Shown here in pieces: positions 43,170 through 51,078 of a stretch of DNA of 64,000 bases. The notes under the pieces are model-generated. The model saw only the letters and a program-made list of their open reading frames with translations, was not told the DNA's origin and made no database searches. Positions within the stretch are counted from its first letter, which is position 1. Every line of letters begins with the position of its first letter. Position numbers and translations under genes: made by a program. This DNA is from a virus (taxonomy: Duplodnaviria > Heunggongvirae > Uroviricota > Caudoviricetes). The stretch is taken from IMG/VR virus record IMGVR_UViG_3300037312_000757, one strand, 5' to 3'.

Positions 43170-44404
43170 TAGATCCAACGCCCCCATTTCTTGATGATGT
43201 TGTTTACGTTGCGCTTCGCGTTGTCCTCGAATTGCGAGAAGTGCGGCGAATGGAAAATCCGTTCACGATCAGCAAACGTCTTCATTGCCACGACTCGACC
43301 ACGAGCAAATGTGATGACGTCGTATTGGTCTTTGAATTCTTGATACACCGCTTCGTCGAACGCATTAGCTTCTGCTTCAGTTCCGCCGAGCATCATCAAG
43401 TCCACGTCCAAGAACAGTTCGCAATCAGCTTTCAGTTCAGGATTCGAAAGCAAGTATGGAGACGTGATCGCATGGCCTTTAGTCGCCATGATGAATTCGG
43501 CAACCGTGGCCAGTGTCGGTATACCAGCTTCAATCTCGAAGCCCAGTGCTTCTGGCAGATGCTCCCTGAACTGTTCCATCATGAACTTGACACTCCACGC
43601 TTCGTTGAAGGCGTACAGGTCCTTGTAAGCGCTGTAGACAGCGTCGTGATAGATGATTGCCAGTCCCGCAATGCCCGGATAGTTAAACTTTTCGACGTTG
43701 TTCATGAACCAGCGGTACATCTGGCGTGGATGATCAGCGTTATGCCAGTGCCGACTCGTATCGAAATACTGCTTCATTGCATTGTCGAACAGAACACCAG
43801 CTTCCTTTTCGTGACCGTAGAATGCACCCTGGAAAAACAAACGCAGATCTTGCAGCGAGATACGATCAGCAATGCGCTTCGCCTCGTCCTCCAGATCCTC
43901 GAGAGAAATGTTGGTATCAACCGTGTCGTCGGCCATTGCGATCTTGACACGCGTGCTCAGTTGCGCTGCGCGGATGCGTTCGATCTTCTCCTGCGTGAAG
44001 CCATCTCGCGCCATCACACGCTGCATCTGCACGTCATCTGCGCAGTGACACGTGATGACAAAGTCATACTTGCCGCTCTTGCCCATTTCGTACAGAAGCG
44101 GGAACTCCATCACCAGATGTTTCTTGTAGTCGTAGTTCGCCAGCTTCCAACGCATTGTGTCCTTGGTCAGGTCTTCCAACCACAGACGATCGGCCGAGTT
44201 GTTGAACACGATGTCCGACACCTTCTTGCGGTCGGACGTGCCGAAGCGATTCTCGAGATCAAGCTTGAACGCTTTGTCGTTGTAGAGGTCGCGAACCATG
44301 TCGTCGATGCTTGCGTGCTCGTAGTTTGCCGCCAAGTGTTTCAGCAGCAACTTCGTGAATGTTGTCTTGCCACAGCCGATGTTGCCAGTGATGGCTACTC
44401 GCAT
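43169..44404 (-). CDS. coaE: dephospho-CoA kinase (CoaE) fused to a C-terminal HD-domain phosphohydrolase
   Basis: N-terminal MRVAITGNIGCGKTT P-loop and CoaE-like blocks (IDDMVRDL, FPLLYE, DDTVDTN). C-terminal HWHNADHP...IIYHDAVY HD motif. RBS GGGAGA. Confidence 0.8.
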   Translation of the reverse strand: MRVAITGNIGCGKTTFTKLLLKHLAANYEHASIDDMVRDLYNDKAFKLDLENRFGTSDRKKVSDIVFNNSADRLWLEDLTKDTMRWKLANYDYKKHLVMEFPLLYEMGKSGKYDFVITCHCADDVQMQRVMARDGFTQEKIERIRAAQLSTRVKIAMADDTVDTNISLEDLEDEAKRIADRISLQDLRLFFQGAFYGHEKEAGVLFDNAMKQYFDTSRHWHNADHPRQMYRWFMNNVEKFNYPGIAGLAIIYHDAVYSAYKDLYAFNEAWSVKFMMEQFREHLPEALGFEIEAGIPTLATVAEFIMATKGHAITSPYLLSNPELKADCELFLDVDLMMLGGTEAEANAFDEAVYQEFKDQYDVITFARGRVVAMKTFADRERIFHSPHFSQFEDNAKRNVNNIIKKWGRWI

Positions 44405-44473
44405 GAATGGTCTCCCGTAAATGAGGCCATTCTATATTCGTTTGTGACTACCGTAAAGTCTATCAACAAATTG

Positions 44474-44499
44474 AAAAGGCTCCCAGTTGGGAGCCTTTT
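44474..44499. terminator. bidirectional intrinsic terminator
   Basis: AAAAGGCTCCCagttGGGAGCCTTTT. Confidence 0.6.
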
Positions 44500-44501
44500 C
44501 A

Positions 44502-45071
44502 TTACCACGGAAAATCAGCCTTCTTGATCTTGACTAACCGACCATCAGGGTGCCACCAAACGACACCTTCAATCGGCTTATCACGCAGATATTCCATGAT
44601 GCCATCAAACGTGCGTGGGCAGTCTTCCAAGATATCCTTGCCGTGCGGGACAAGAATGTGCTCGGTCAAGCCTTCCGGATTAGCACCGTGCCGCGTCCCA
44701 ATCTTGGGGCCACAAGCCTCGTAAGTGCCATCAGGAATGCCATCAGCATACTTACCCTTCAAAGCCCATTCAACAGCTTCGCGAATCCACTTCGAATCCG
44801 GACCATCAGTAGGTACCCAGCCTGGCCAGTGACCAGACTTGGGATCCGGGTTAGGTTGGGCAGGGATGAAGTCCACGGGAGGGGTTCTCCCAGCCTTAGC
44901 GTCGTAACGCTTAAAGACTCGACCATCCTTTACCAACACGGCCACGCCATCCCACTTACGAGTGGCGTAACCTTCCCCAGAAACAACCCATTCAGTTCCG
45001 GGCGTAACTTCGTCACGAACCTTACGGTCACCATCGTAGTTACGAACAAACAACGAAACGGTCTTCTTCAT
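44502..45071 (-). CDS. minimal nucleotidyltransferase of the ligase superfamily (KxDG), RNA/DNA-ligase-like
   Basis: Start MKKTVSLF after AAGGAG. Motif I RKWDG, motif IV EGVVWW, motif V LVKIKK. Confidence 0.5.
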   Translation of the reverse strand: MKKTVSLFVRNYDGDRKVRDEVTPGTEWVVSGEGYATRKWDGVAVLVKDGRVFKRYDAKAGRTPPVDFIPAQPNPDPKSGHWPGWVPTDGPDSKWIREAVEWALKGKYADGIPDGTYEACGPKIGTRHGANPEGLTEHILVPHGKDILEDCPRTFDGIMEYLRDKPIEGVVWWHPDGRLVKIKKADFPW

Positions 45072-45193
45072 GTACTGCTCCTTAAAAGTGATGAGATAGT
45101 TTTCGAGTCCCATCAACGCCACCTTTAAGGCTTACTGCAACTTCCTTTACTGCTAAGCCATATTGTATATATGGCTCATACTACAGTCAAGCA

Positions 45194-45409
45194 CTACTCG
45201 CTAGGGCAATCGGCATAAGGTGCCAAATCAATTCGAATCTTGCCGTTTGTTGCCACTACATGTTCGTAGACCTCTCCACTTTGCGTGAATTTCCGCAAGC
45301 GTTCAGGATAGAACTCGGGTATTCTTGCGCATAGCCATTCGGTAGCCGCCACGCAACCCATCCTACGTCTTTTCGACCCCCATTCTTCAATGGCTGCATC
45401 TAAAGTCAT
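45194..45409 (-). CDS. hypothetical small protein
   Basis: 71 aa. RBS GGAG. Confidence 0.45.
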   Translation of the reverse strand: MTLDAAIEEWGSKRRRMGCVAATEWLCARIPEFYPERLRKFTQSGEVYEHVVATNGKIRIDLAPYADCPSE

Positions 45410-45469
45410 GATTACTCCGGAAATGACGATGGCTAGGTTTTACCCTAGCCATCTTGCTATGCCATCAGC

Positions 45470-45976
45470 TTACGCTGCCAGCTTTGCTGCTTGCGCTGCC
45501 GCGATCGAAGCTTGCGTCGGGAACGCGAACACCTTCTTCGGGTCCGGAGCCTTGTACTTCGGAGCCTTCGGGGCCTTTGCTGCCTTTGCTTCGGCGCCCT
45601 TCGCCGTTTCACGCGTGTTCAGCTTCTTGTTCGTCGATGCCTTGTGGAACATCTTGCCAAGCGTGTCTGCGAAGTCTGCACCCAGCACTTCGTCGCGTGC
45701 TGCTGCGTCGAGATCCTTGTACGCGAAGCCCTTGTCCTTGCCCGTCAGCTTCACGTCCGTGTAGAACGCGAGGACCTTGTCCATGTCTGCCTTCTTGTAC
45801 GTCTTGAAGCGCAGCATGCCACCGCGACGACCACCGAACGTTGCCAGCGTCGTCACCACGCCGAAGTTGATCAGCGCAATACCAAACACGCTGTCCTTCG
45901 ACGGTGCGCCACCGTTGTCACCACGCTTGCCAGCAACCAGTGCGTGACCAACACGAACGATTTCGATCTTTGCCAT
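45470..45976 (-). CDS. paralog family B protein with AKAPKAPKYKAPDPKK histone-like tail
   Basis: MAKIEIVRVGHALVAGKRG...GRRGGMLRFKT. 5'-UTR hairpin GCAGCGctttgtcttCGCTGC. Confidence 0.6.
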   Translation of the reverse strand: MAKIEIVRVGHALVAGKRGDNGGAPSKDSVFGIALINFGVVTTLATFGGRRGGMLRFKTYKKADMDKVLAFYTDVKLTGKDKGFAYKDLDAAARDEVLGADFADTLGKMFHKASTNKKLNTRETAKGAEAKAAKAPKAPKYKAPDPKKVFAFPTQASIAAAQAAKLAA

Positions 45977-46142
45977 GTTCATTTCTCCTTAAAGTTGTTT
46001 ACCAGTTTTGTTTGCAGCGCTTTGTCTTCGCTGCGTCGTCTACCATGTCGCTATATTATGTTCATCTGAAACTTGAATCAACAGCTAAATGAACAAATTT
46101 TCAACTTTTTTCATCTGTTGTGGCAACACAACATGGTTCAAA

Positions 46143-46595
46143 TTATCTGCAACCGTAGTCGTATGCTACCAAACGTCCATGACGATTGAATCCTACTTGA
46201 CCTCCGTCAACACTCCAAGTCCAGTCAGACTCGCCAGGAGGCGTACCCAAGTGCTCTTCTACTTCTCGTACTGAAGCATGGCGAACGCATTCCATAAAGA
46301 CTATGGCAATGTCACCAACATAGACAAGACGTGTTCGCGCGTATTGCACATACTGGGGATCACCATAATTCTCACCGTTGGAAACGGATCCTTCCCAGTC
46401 ATTATCAGCAACACCATCCCAGTTCATGGGAATCTTCACGACATAGTTGGTGAAAACGAATACCATACGGTTGCGGCCGCACAAAACATCCGGAGTTCTG
46501 GTTGCATAACGCAACGCCAAGTTTTTCACTGTTTCATTGACTTCCGAATCATGAAATTGAATCCAGTCGTCAAGATTTGAAATATCAGCAGTCAT
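46143..46595 (-). CDS. hypothetical protein
   Basis: 150 aa. RBS GGTGGTGA. Confidence 0.55.
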   Translation of the reverse strand: MTADISNLDDWIQFHDSEVNETVKNLALRYATRTPDVLCGRNRMVFVFTNYVVKIPMNWDGVADNDWEGSVSNGENYGDPQYVQYARTRLVYVGDIAIVFMECVRHASVREVEEHLGTPPGESDWTWSVDGGQVGFNRHGRLVAYDYGCR

Positions 46596-46906
46596 ACATA
46601 TTCACCACCAAAGCGGAAGTAGAACGCAAGTGCATCAGCGTGTTTCAAGAACATGTAGATGCCAATACGGGTGATTGCAGCGTATTCCGTGCGCACCCCG
46701 GGCACGTCAGACACATTGTCCATGCACCAGTCAATCATGTCACACCAGCCGTTAAGCGACGTGGCTTCTTTGCCGGTGATATGCACGACATAGATGGTGT
46801 CAGGACTACGCATGCCACGTATGGCCTTTCGGATCTGTGTCCAATACTCCTTCTCGAAGCCATGCACGAAGGCGTCGATATCCTTGATCTCGGTTACGCT
46901 AGACAA
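46592..46906 (-). CDS. paralog family A small protein (start uncertain, possibly TTG)
   Basis: Ends ...HADALAFYFRFGGEYV. The track N-terminus overlaps the upstream gene. TTG preceded by GGGGGA. Confidence 0.4.
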   Translation of the reverse strand: MSSVTEIKDIDAFVHGFEKEYWTQIRKAIRGMRSPDTIYVVHITGKEATSLNGWCDMIDWCMDNVSDVPGVRTEYAAITRIGIYMFLKHADALAFYFRFGGEYV

Positions 46907-47195
46907 ATCGAGTCCCCCAAGTAAGATAAAAGTGCAAAGCGTCAGTGTATTCTTTGAAAAAGAAGAAACCAAGGTCATCGTCAGTCAAGTATCGGCCATC
47001 CATGTACTCGATAAGCCAATCGGTGATCTCTTCCCTGTTAGATACAACAATGACTGTGTCGACATCGACCAGATACACGGTTGATGGGAAATCACGCAAA
47101 GACTGTTTCATCTTTGCGTAATCTTCCATGAAATAAAACGTGTTGAGCAGCTTGTTCAACTCATACTGGTCAAGCTGCCTTATCTGCGTGCTCAC
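46899..47195 (-). CDS. paralog family A small protein
   Basis: 98 aa ending ...YTDALHFYLTWGTRFV. GTG start, GTGA junction. Confidence 0.5.
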   Translation of the reverse strand: MSTQIRQLDQYELNKLLNTFYFMEDYAKMKQSLRDFPSTVYLVDVDTVIVVSNREEITDWLIEYMDGRYLTDDDLGFFFFKEYTDALHFYLTWGTRFV

Positions 47196-47413
47196 TTGAT
47201 TGCCTTTTGCAGTGCAGCGATCATCATCTGGAGTCGATCTTTCGACTGGTGACGCGCCAGAAGTTGAGCAGCTTGTTCCATGTGAACCTTCGCAGTTTCT
47301 TCGGAGCTGCCGAAGATCTCGAAACCATATTCTTGGAATTCGAGCAAGGCGCGTTGCGTTTCCGTGCGACGTTCTTCTTGAGCTGCTTGATAACGTTGTG
47401 CGCTGTTCATCAT
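47192..47413 (-). CDS. hypothetical small protein
   Basis: Trimmed to MMNSAQRY after GGAGAAC. Confidence 0.5.
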   Translation of the reverse strand: MMNSAQRYQAAQEERRTETQRALLEFQEYGFEIFGSSEETAKVHMEQAAQLLARHQSKDRLQMMIAALQKAIK

Positions 47414-47483
47414 GTTCTCCTGTTCATCTACCATGTTCCTATAGTAGTTTCATATGAAACACGAATCAAGCACAGAATGAACG

Positions 47484-47504
47484 AAGGCCCCATAAAGGGG
47501 CCTT
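47484..47504 (-). terminator. intrinsic terminator
   Basis: AAGGCCCCataaaGGGGCCTT. Confidence 0.5.
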
Positions 47505-47523
47505 GCTATGCTGTTGCTGATGT

Positions 47524-47697
47524 TTACAGCAAACCGCGTTCTCGAATATTCACCACTTCTACAAAGGTCCATTCAGACTTAATGGCTTCGGCGGCGGTCT
47601 GAGCCTGTTCTTCAGTCTCGTGTGTGGATTTGACGTCGCTCAATCCACCCCAAGGGTAATATTGATTCACCCCAATAACCCACCAAATCTTGTCCAT
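47524..47697 (-). CDS. hypothetical small protein
   Basis: Start MDKIWWV 8 nt after AAGGAG. Confidence 0.4.
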   Translation of the reverse strand: MDKIWWVIGVNQYYPWGGLSDVKSTHETEEQAQTAAEAIKSEWTFVEVVNIRERGLL

Positions 47698-47729
47698 TAT
47701 TTGATCTCCTTTCTTGGAACCAAAGTCCA

Positions 47730-48044
47730 CTAACTCATGCGATCCAGGTGGGTTAGATAAAACTGAATCGCGTCGACGTGGTCAGTAAAGAAATAAAGAC
47801 CAACATCAGATTGTGCGAAATACAATTGCGCGGGAACGTTTGATGCTAACCAAGTCAGCATTGATTCTTGCGCATCAGCAATCCAAGCACGCTCATTGCA
47901 ATCGACCACGAACACTTTGTCACCACAGATATCACGCACCGCTTGCAGTACCATAGCGATGTCTTCATCACCAACATTGAACTTCAGAAATAGCCTGAAG
48001 TCCTGGCTGTCGATAACGTATTCCCTGACTTGGTTACTCGCCAT
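47730..48044 (-). CDS. paralog family A small protein
   Basis: Ends ...HVDAIQFYLTHLDRMS. Start set at MASNQV. Confidence 0.5.
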   Translation of the reverse strand: MASNQVREYVIDSQDFRLFLKFNVGDEDIAMVLQAVRDICGDKVFVVDCNERAWIADAQESMLTWLASNVPAQLYFAQSDVGLYFFTDHVDAIQFYLTHLDRMS

Positions 48045-48264
48045 CGCAGGAGCACTCAACATCAGACTTCTTGAAGCCCAATGCCTTGCGGACTTCCTTC
48101 TCCGTTACTTCATCGACCTTGATCGAGAAGCCATATCCGCAGTGCCGACCGTTTTCACCTTCATACACGCGAGCTTGCTTGATCAGTTGCATGAGGTTGT
48201 GAAACTCCCGGGAGTCTTCACACCACACTTCCATCTCCAGCTTGATGCCCTTCACTTGTGCCAT
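48034..48264 (-). CDS. hypothetical small protein (CxC motifs)
   Basis: 76 aa. RBS AAAGGAGCG. Promoter repeat upstream. Confidence 0.5.
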   Translation of the reverse strand: MAQVKGIKLEMEVWCEDSREFHNLMQLIKQARVYEGENGRHCGYGFSIKVDEVTEKEVRKALGFKKSDVECSCDGE

Positions 48265-48327
48265 CTTGCGCTCCTTTGTTTACCGTATTCATATGGTACA
48301 TTCACATGAAGCATGAATCAAGTGTGC

Positions 48328-48693
48328 TTACTTGTCAGCGTGGCGAGTGATGAAATTCACTCGCATGTGCTCAGGTGCAAAATACTTGTTCACCATGTCA
48401 ATCACAGTTTGCGTGTTGTATGACTTGCACGAAAAAACGTCGAAGTAACTTGTTCCGTCAAGTTCCATGAAGTGGCCACAGATGTTTGATGTTGTGATGA
48501 GCTGCATCAAGCTATAACCCTGCTTTGGATCGCCTGGGAGTAGATACTCGATGATAGGCTCGCCGTGCGCTTCCATATCGATAGCGACGACCAACTCTTT
48601 GATGAAGTTGTAGATTGCTTCCTTGCTGGCAATGCCGTTTTCGACCTTGCAACCAGCACAGTCGAGCATAAGGTGGTAACCGAAATATTTCAT
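48328..48693 (-). CDS. S-adenosylmethionine decarboxylase-like (SpeH/pyruvoyl-enzyme fold) protein
   Basis: Start MKYFGYH. G.HL..D..GC ... GYSLMQLITTSNICGHF ... DVFSC parallels the bacterial SpeH layout. Confidence 0.55.
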   Translation of the reverse strand: MKYFGYHLMLDCAGCKVENGIASKEAIYNFIKELVVAIDMEAHGEPIIEYLLPGDPKQGYSLMQLITTSNICGHFMELDGTSYFDVFSCKSYNTQTVIDMVNKYFAPEHMRVNFITRHADK

Positions 48694-48740
48694 AATAACC
48701 CCGTTCAAATTAAGGAACGTTTTAATTCGTTCGGGGTTAT
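48694..48740 (-). promoter_or_regulatory. stem-loop sequestering the RBS of the AdoMetDC-like gene
   Basis: ATAACCCCG...(28-nt loop with inner GAACG/CGTTC stem)...CGGGGTTAT. The 3' arm is the GGGG Shine-Dalgarno located 6 nt before the ATG. Confidence 0.4.
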
Positions 48741-48772
48741 TTATGACTACTCTATGGCTGTTACTTTTTCTT

Positions 48773-49213
48773 CTATTTTGCCATGCATTCGAGGTCTTTC
48801 TGCGTGACCGTCAGCGCAAGCGCTATCTTGAAGTGATCGACTGCACCAGCTAGGAATGCAGTCAGCTTCATCTTTTCGCCAGCAATGTACACATGATTCT
48901 GGCCGCCGCCTGCCGTTCCGCCTTCATACTTCTCCCAGCGGAACAGCGGCTTGCCATTCGGCGCAAGTTCAGCCGTTGTTGCGTTGAACGTGGTAAGACG
49001 AACATGATGATCCGACCAGGAATTGTAAGCAGGCGAACCTTCATACGTGCTACCAACCACACGCGCCAGCTTCAGATCGAATTGCGCGAGAATCGCCTTG
49101 ATCCTCTGATAGTTGTCGGTTTGCTTGTGAAAGTTGTGCGTTTCGGGATCACAATCGAACGAACCGAGCGGAATACCATTATCACGGCTGGGTTTCAGAT
49201 TGAAGCGCGACAT
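48773..49213 (-). CDS. hypothetical protein, paralog family C
   Basis: Start MSRFNLK. ...FRWEKYEGG...HVYIAGEKM...KIALALT shared with 49625..50065. Confidence 0.55.
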   Translation of the reverse strand: MSRFNLKPSRDNGIPLGSFDCDPETHNFHKQTDNYQRIKAILAQFDLKLARVVGSTYEGSPAYNSWSDHHVRLTTFNATTAELAPNGKPLFRWEKYEGGTAGGGQNHVYIAGEKMKLTAFLAGAVDHFKIALALTVTQKDLECMAK

Positions 49214-49286
49214 CGCTTTCTCCTTCAAGTTGTTTACCATGTTCAAATGATAAGGTCAAATGAACATGGTGTCAACTCCTTTTTAC

Positions 49287-49535
49287 CTACAGTGAATGTG
49301 CGAGGCGCATCAGCTTTTTCTTCACGTCGATGCGAACTTCCTTTTGAATCACGGGCACCGTTGTCACTGCCAGAGAGTCGGCAATAGCCTGGAAGTCACT
49401 CACTCGCACCAATTTGGTACGCTTCACGATATCACGCATGATCGTTTCCAAATGTGCTTCACACGTGAAGTGAATGCCCTTGAAATCATCCGAGCGATCA
49501 TTCGGAAAAAGATAAATTTTTACTCGTGTTTTCAT
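49287..49535 (-). CDS. hypothetical small protein
   Basis: Start MKTRVKIY after AGGAGAA. Confidence 0.5.
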   Translation of the reverse strand: MKTRVKIYLFPNDRSDDFKGIHFTCEAHLETIMRDIVKRTKLVRVSDFQAIADSLAVTTVPVIQKEVRIDVKKKLMRLAHSL

Positions 49536-49624
49536 ATTTCTCCTAGCCAATAATGGTGGCATTATTTTTGGCTTCAGCATATTGACCATAATTTTTCATA
49601 TGGTATGTTAGCCTGGCTGGCGAA

Positions 49625-50065
49625 TCAAGATACTTTCTTCTTGCGTTGCTGCCGTTCTTTTTCCGTATCAGTCAGCAGTATTGCCAGCTTGAACGGATCA
49701 CGTTCGGCCAAAGCAATGAATTCCGAAGTACGCAACATCTGGCCCGACACATACACGCGGTTTTGTGCGCCGCGTGGGTTGTTGCCTTCGTATTTCTCCC
49801 AGATGAACTGAGGGTAGTTGACATCCCCTGCGATGACAACAAACCGCATTTGACGCAGTTGTTGATCGTCAGGTTGACGCGGGCACGCGCTCATGAGCGT
49901 GAGCTCGATGCCGTGAAGCCCTAGCACCTCTTTGAGCTTTTGGTAGTTGTTGAGTTGCTGCTTGAAGTTGAAGCGTTCCGGGTGGCCGAAGAAATGGCCC
50001 TTCGGAACCATGATTGAGCGGCGTCCGCCGATAGGCAAACGGTCGGGGAACGTGTTCTCACGCAT
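49625..50065 (-). CDS. hypothetical protein, paralog family C
   Basis: Start MRENTFPD after AAGGAG. ...FIWEKYEGNN...RVYVSGQML...KLAILLT. Confidence 0.55.
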   Translation of the reverse strand: MRENTFPDRLPIGGRRSIMVPKGHFFGHPERFNFKQQLNNYQKLKEVLGLHGIELTLMSACPRQPDDQQLRQMRFVVIAGDVNYPQFIWEKYEGNNPRGAQNRVYVSGQMLRTSEFIALAERDPFKLAILLTDTEKERQQRKKKVS

Positions 50066-50119
50066 GCAAGCTCCTTGTGAAATTATCGCCTTAGATGATA
50101 ATTTCACATGGTGTACAAA

Positions 50120-50899
50120 TCAACTCTTGTACGTGAGGTTTGTGTAGATGTCAGCGTCGCACAGTTCTTGCCCAACGCTTTTGAATACATGCACCATACG
50201 ACCAGCAGCACGAAGTTGATCTGCGATTTCATCAACTCTTTCGTGTACGATAGCACCGTTAGAAGTGAGTAGAGGGTTGAGTGTGATGGACCACTTACGA
50301 TCGCCCCATGCAGCTAAACCTGCTATGTCATCTTCACTGTCGTTCAGACCAGCTTGAAGCACATAGTTGATACGGATATTGCAGAATTTTTCTTCACACA
50401 GTGAAACATAGGTCGCCAAGTATAATGCATGCGGTGTATCACACATGATGTTTGCACGCTTCTCTAAGTCGGCCGCGTGTAGAGATATCTGCAATTCTGT
50501 GAGGTACTGATGTGTCGGAAGCTCTTTGATACGCCAGGGTGCAAGCCCGCTAGTTGAGAAGCGTAGGCCCCCTATAGGCAAGCCAGAACGCGATAATTGT
50601 TCAACTACCTTAGTCACATTGGGAATGTTTGCCGTGACTTCACCTTCACCCGTGAACGAAAGCAGAAACGGTTCACCAGGAGCGTGGGCCGTTACAAGAC
50701 GAACCATTTCATCAGCCGTCAAGTTACGTCCAAATGGTTGCTCTGATGAAACGCAAAACTTACATTTCACCGGGCAACCGATCTGGGTGGGAATACTAAG
50801 AATCCGCTGTCCCGTCGTATTGATCGACAATACCGGCACTTCATATGCTTTCTTGTCTATCAATCGCTTGACTGGGATATGGCGAAGGTCAACATTCAC
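50120..50899 (-). CDS. radical SAM methyltransferase of the RlmN/Cfr family (RNA adenine C-methyltransferase-like)
   Basis: CPVKCKFC (CX3CX2C) and successive RlmN/Cfr blocks: FTGEGE (cf. MGMGEP), FSTSG, ELQISLHAADLEKR (cf. ALAISLHAPNDEIR), INYVLQAGLNDSEDDIAGLA. Lacks the RlmN N-terminal extension. GTG start. Confidence 0.75.
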   Translation of the reverse strand: MNVDLRHIPVKRLIDKKAYEVPVLSINTTGQRILSIPTQIGCPVKCKFCVSSEQPFGRNLTADEMVRLVTAHAPGEPFLLSFTGEGEVTANIPNVTKVVEQLSRSGLPIGGLRFSTSGLAPWRIKELPTHQYLTELQISLHAADLEKRANIMCDTPHALYLATYVSLCEEKFCNIRINYVLQAGLNDSEDDIAGLAAWGDRKWSITLNPLLTSNGAIVHERVDEIADQLRAAGRMVHVFKSVGQELCDADIYTNLTYKS

Positions 50900-51078
50900 T
50901 TGGCTGGCCCTGACGAACAGAACAAGGTTACAATGCCGTCCTTTTCACGTGTGACGATCGACTGTGCTGACTTCACCGCCTGCATGCAAACTTCCATGCT
51001 GGGCTCGGGATAGGTACGATCATACGTGCCATAGCCAGGGGAGGTGATCACGTACACCAAGTATGCGGCGGCCAGCAT
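50896..51078 (-). CDS. hypothetical small protein
   Basis: Start MLAAAYL (GGGAAG upstream). TAATG-coupled. Confidence 0.4.
   Translation of the reverse strand: MLAAAYLVYVITSPGYGTYDRTYPEPSMEVCMQAVKSAQSIVTREKDGIVTLFCSSGPAK

Noticed and set aside
43139-44527. 462-aa plus-strand ORF
   Set aside because: It is antisense to the CoaD/CoaE-HD genes, which have clear homology. It is a shadow ORF.
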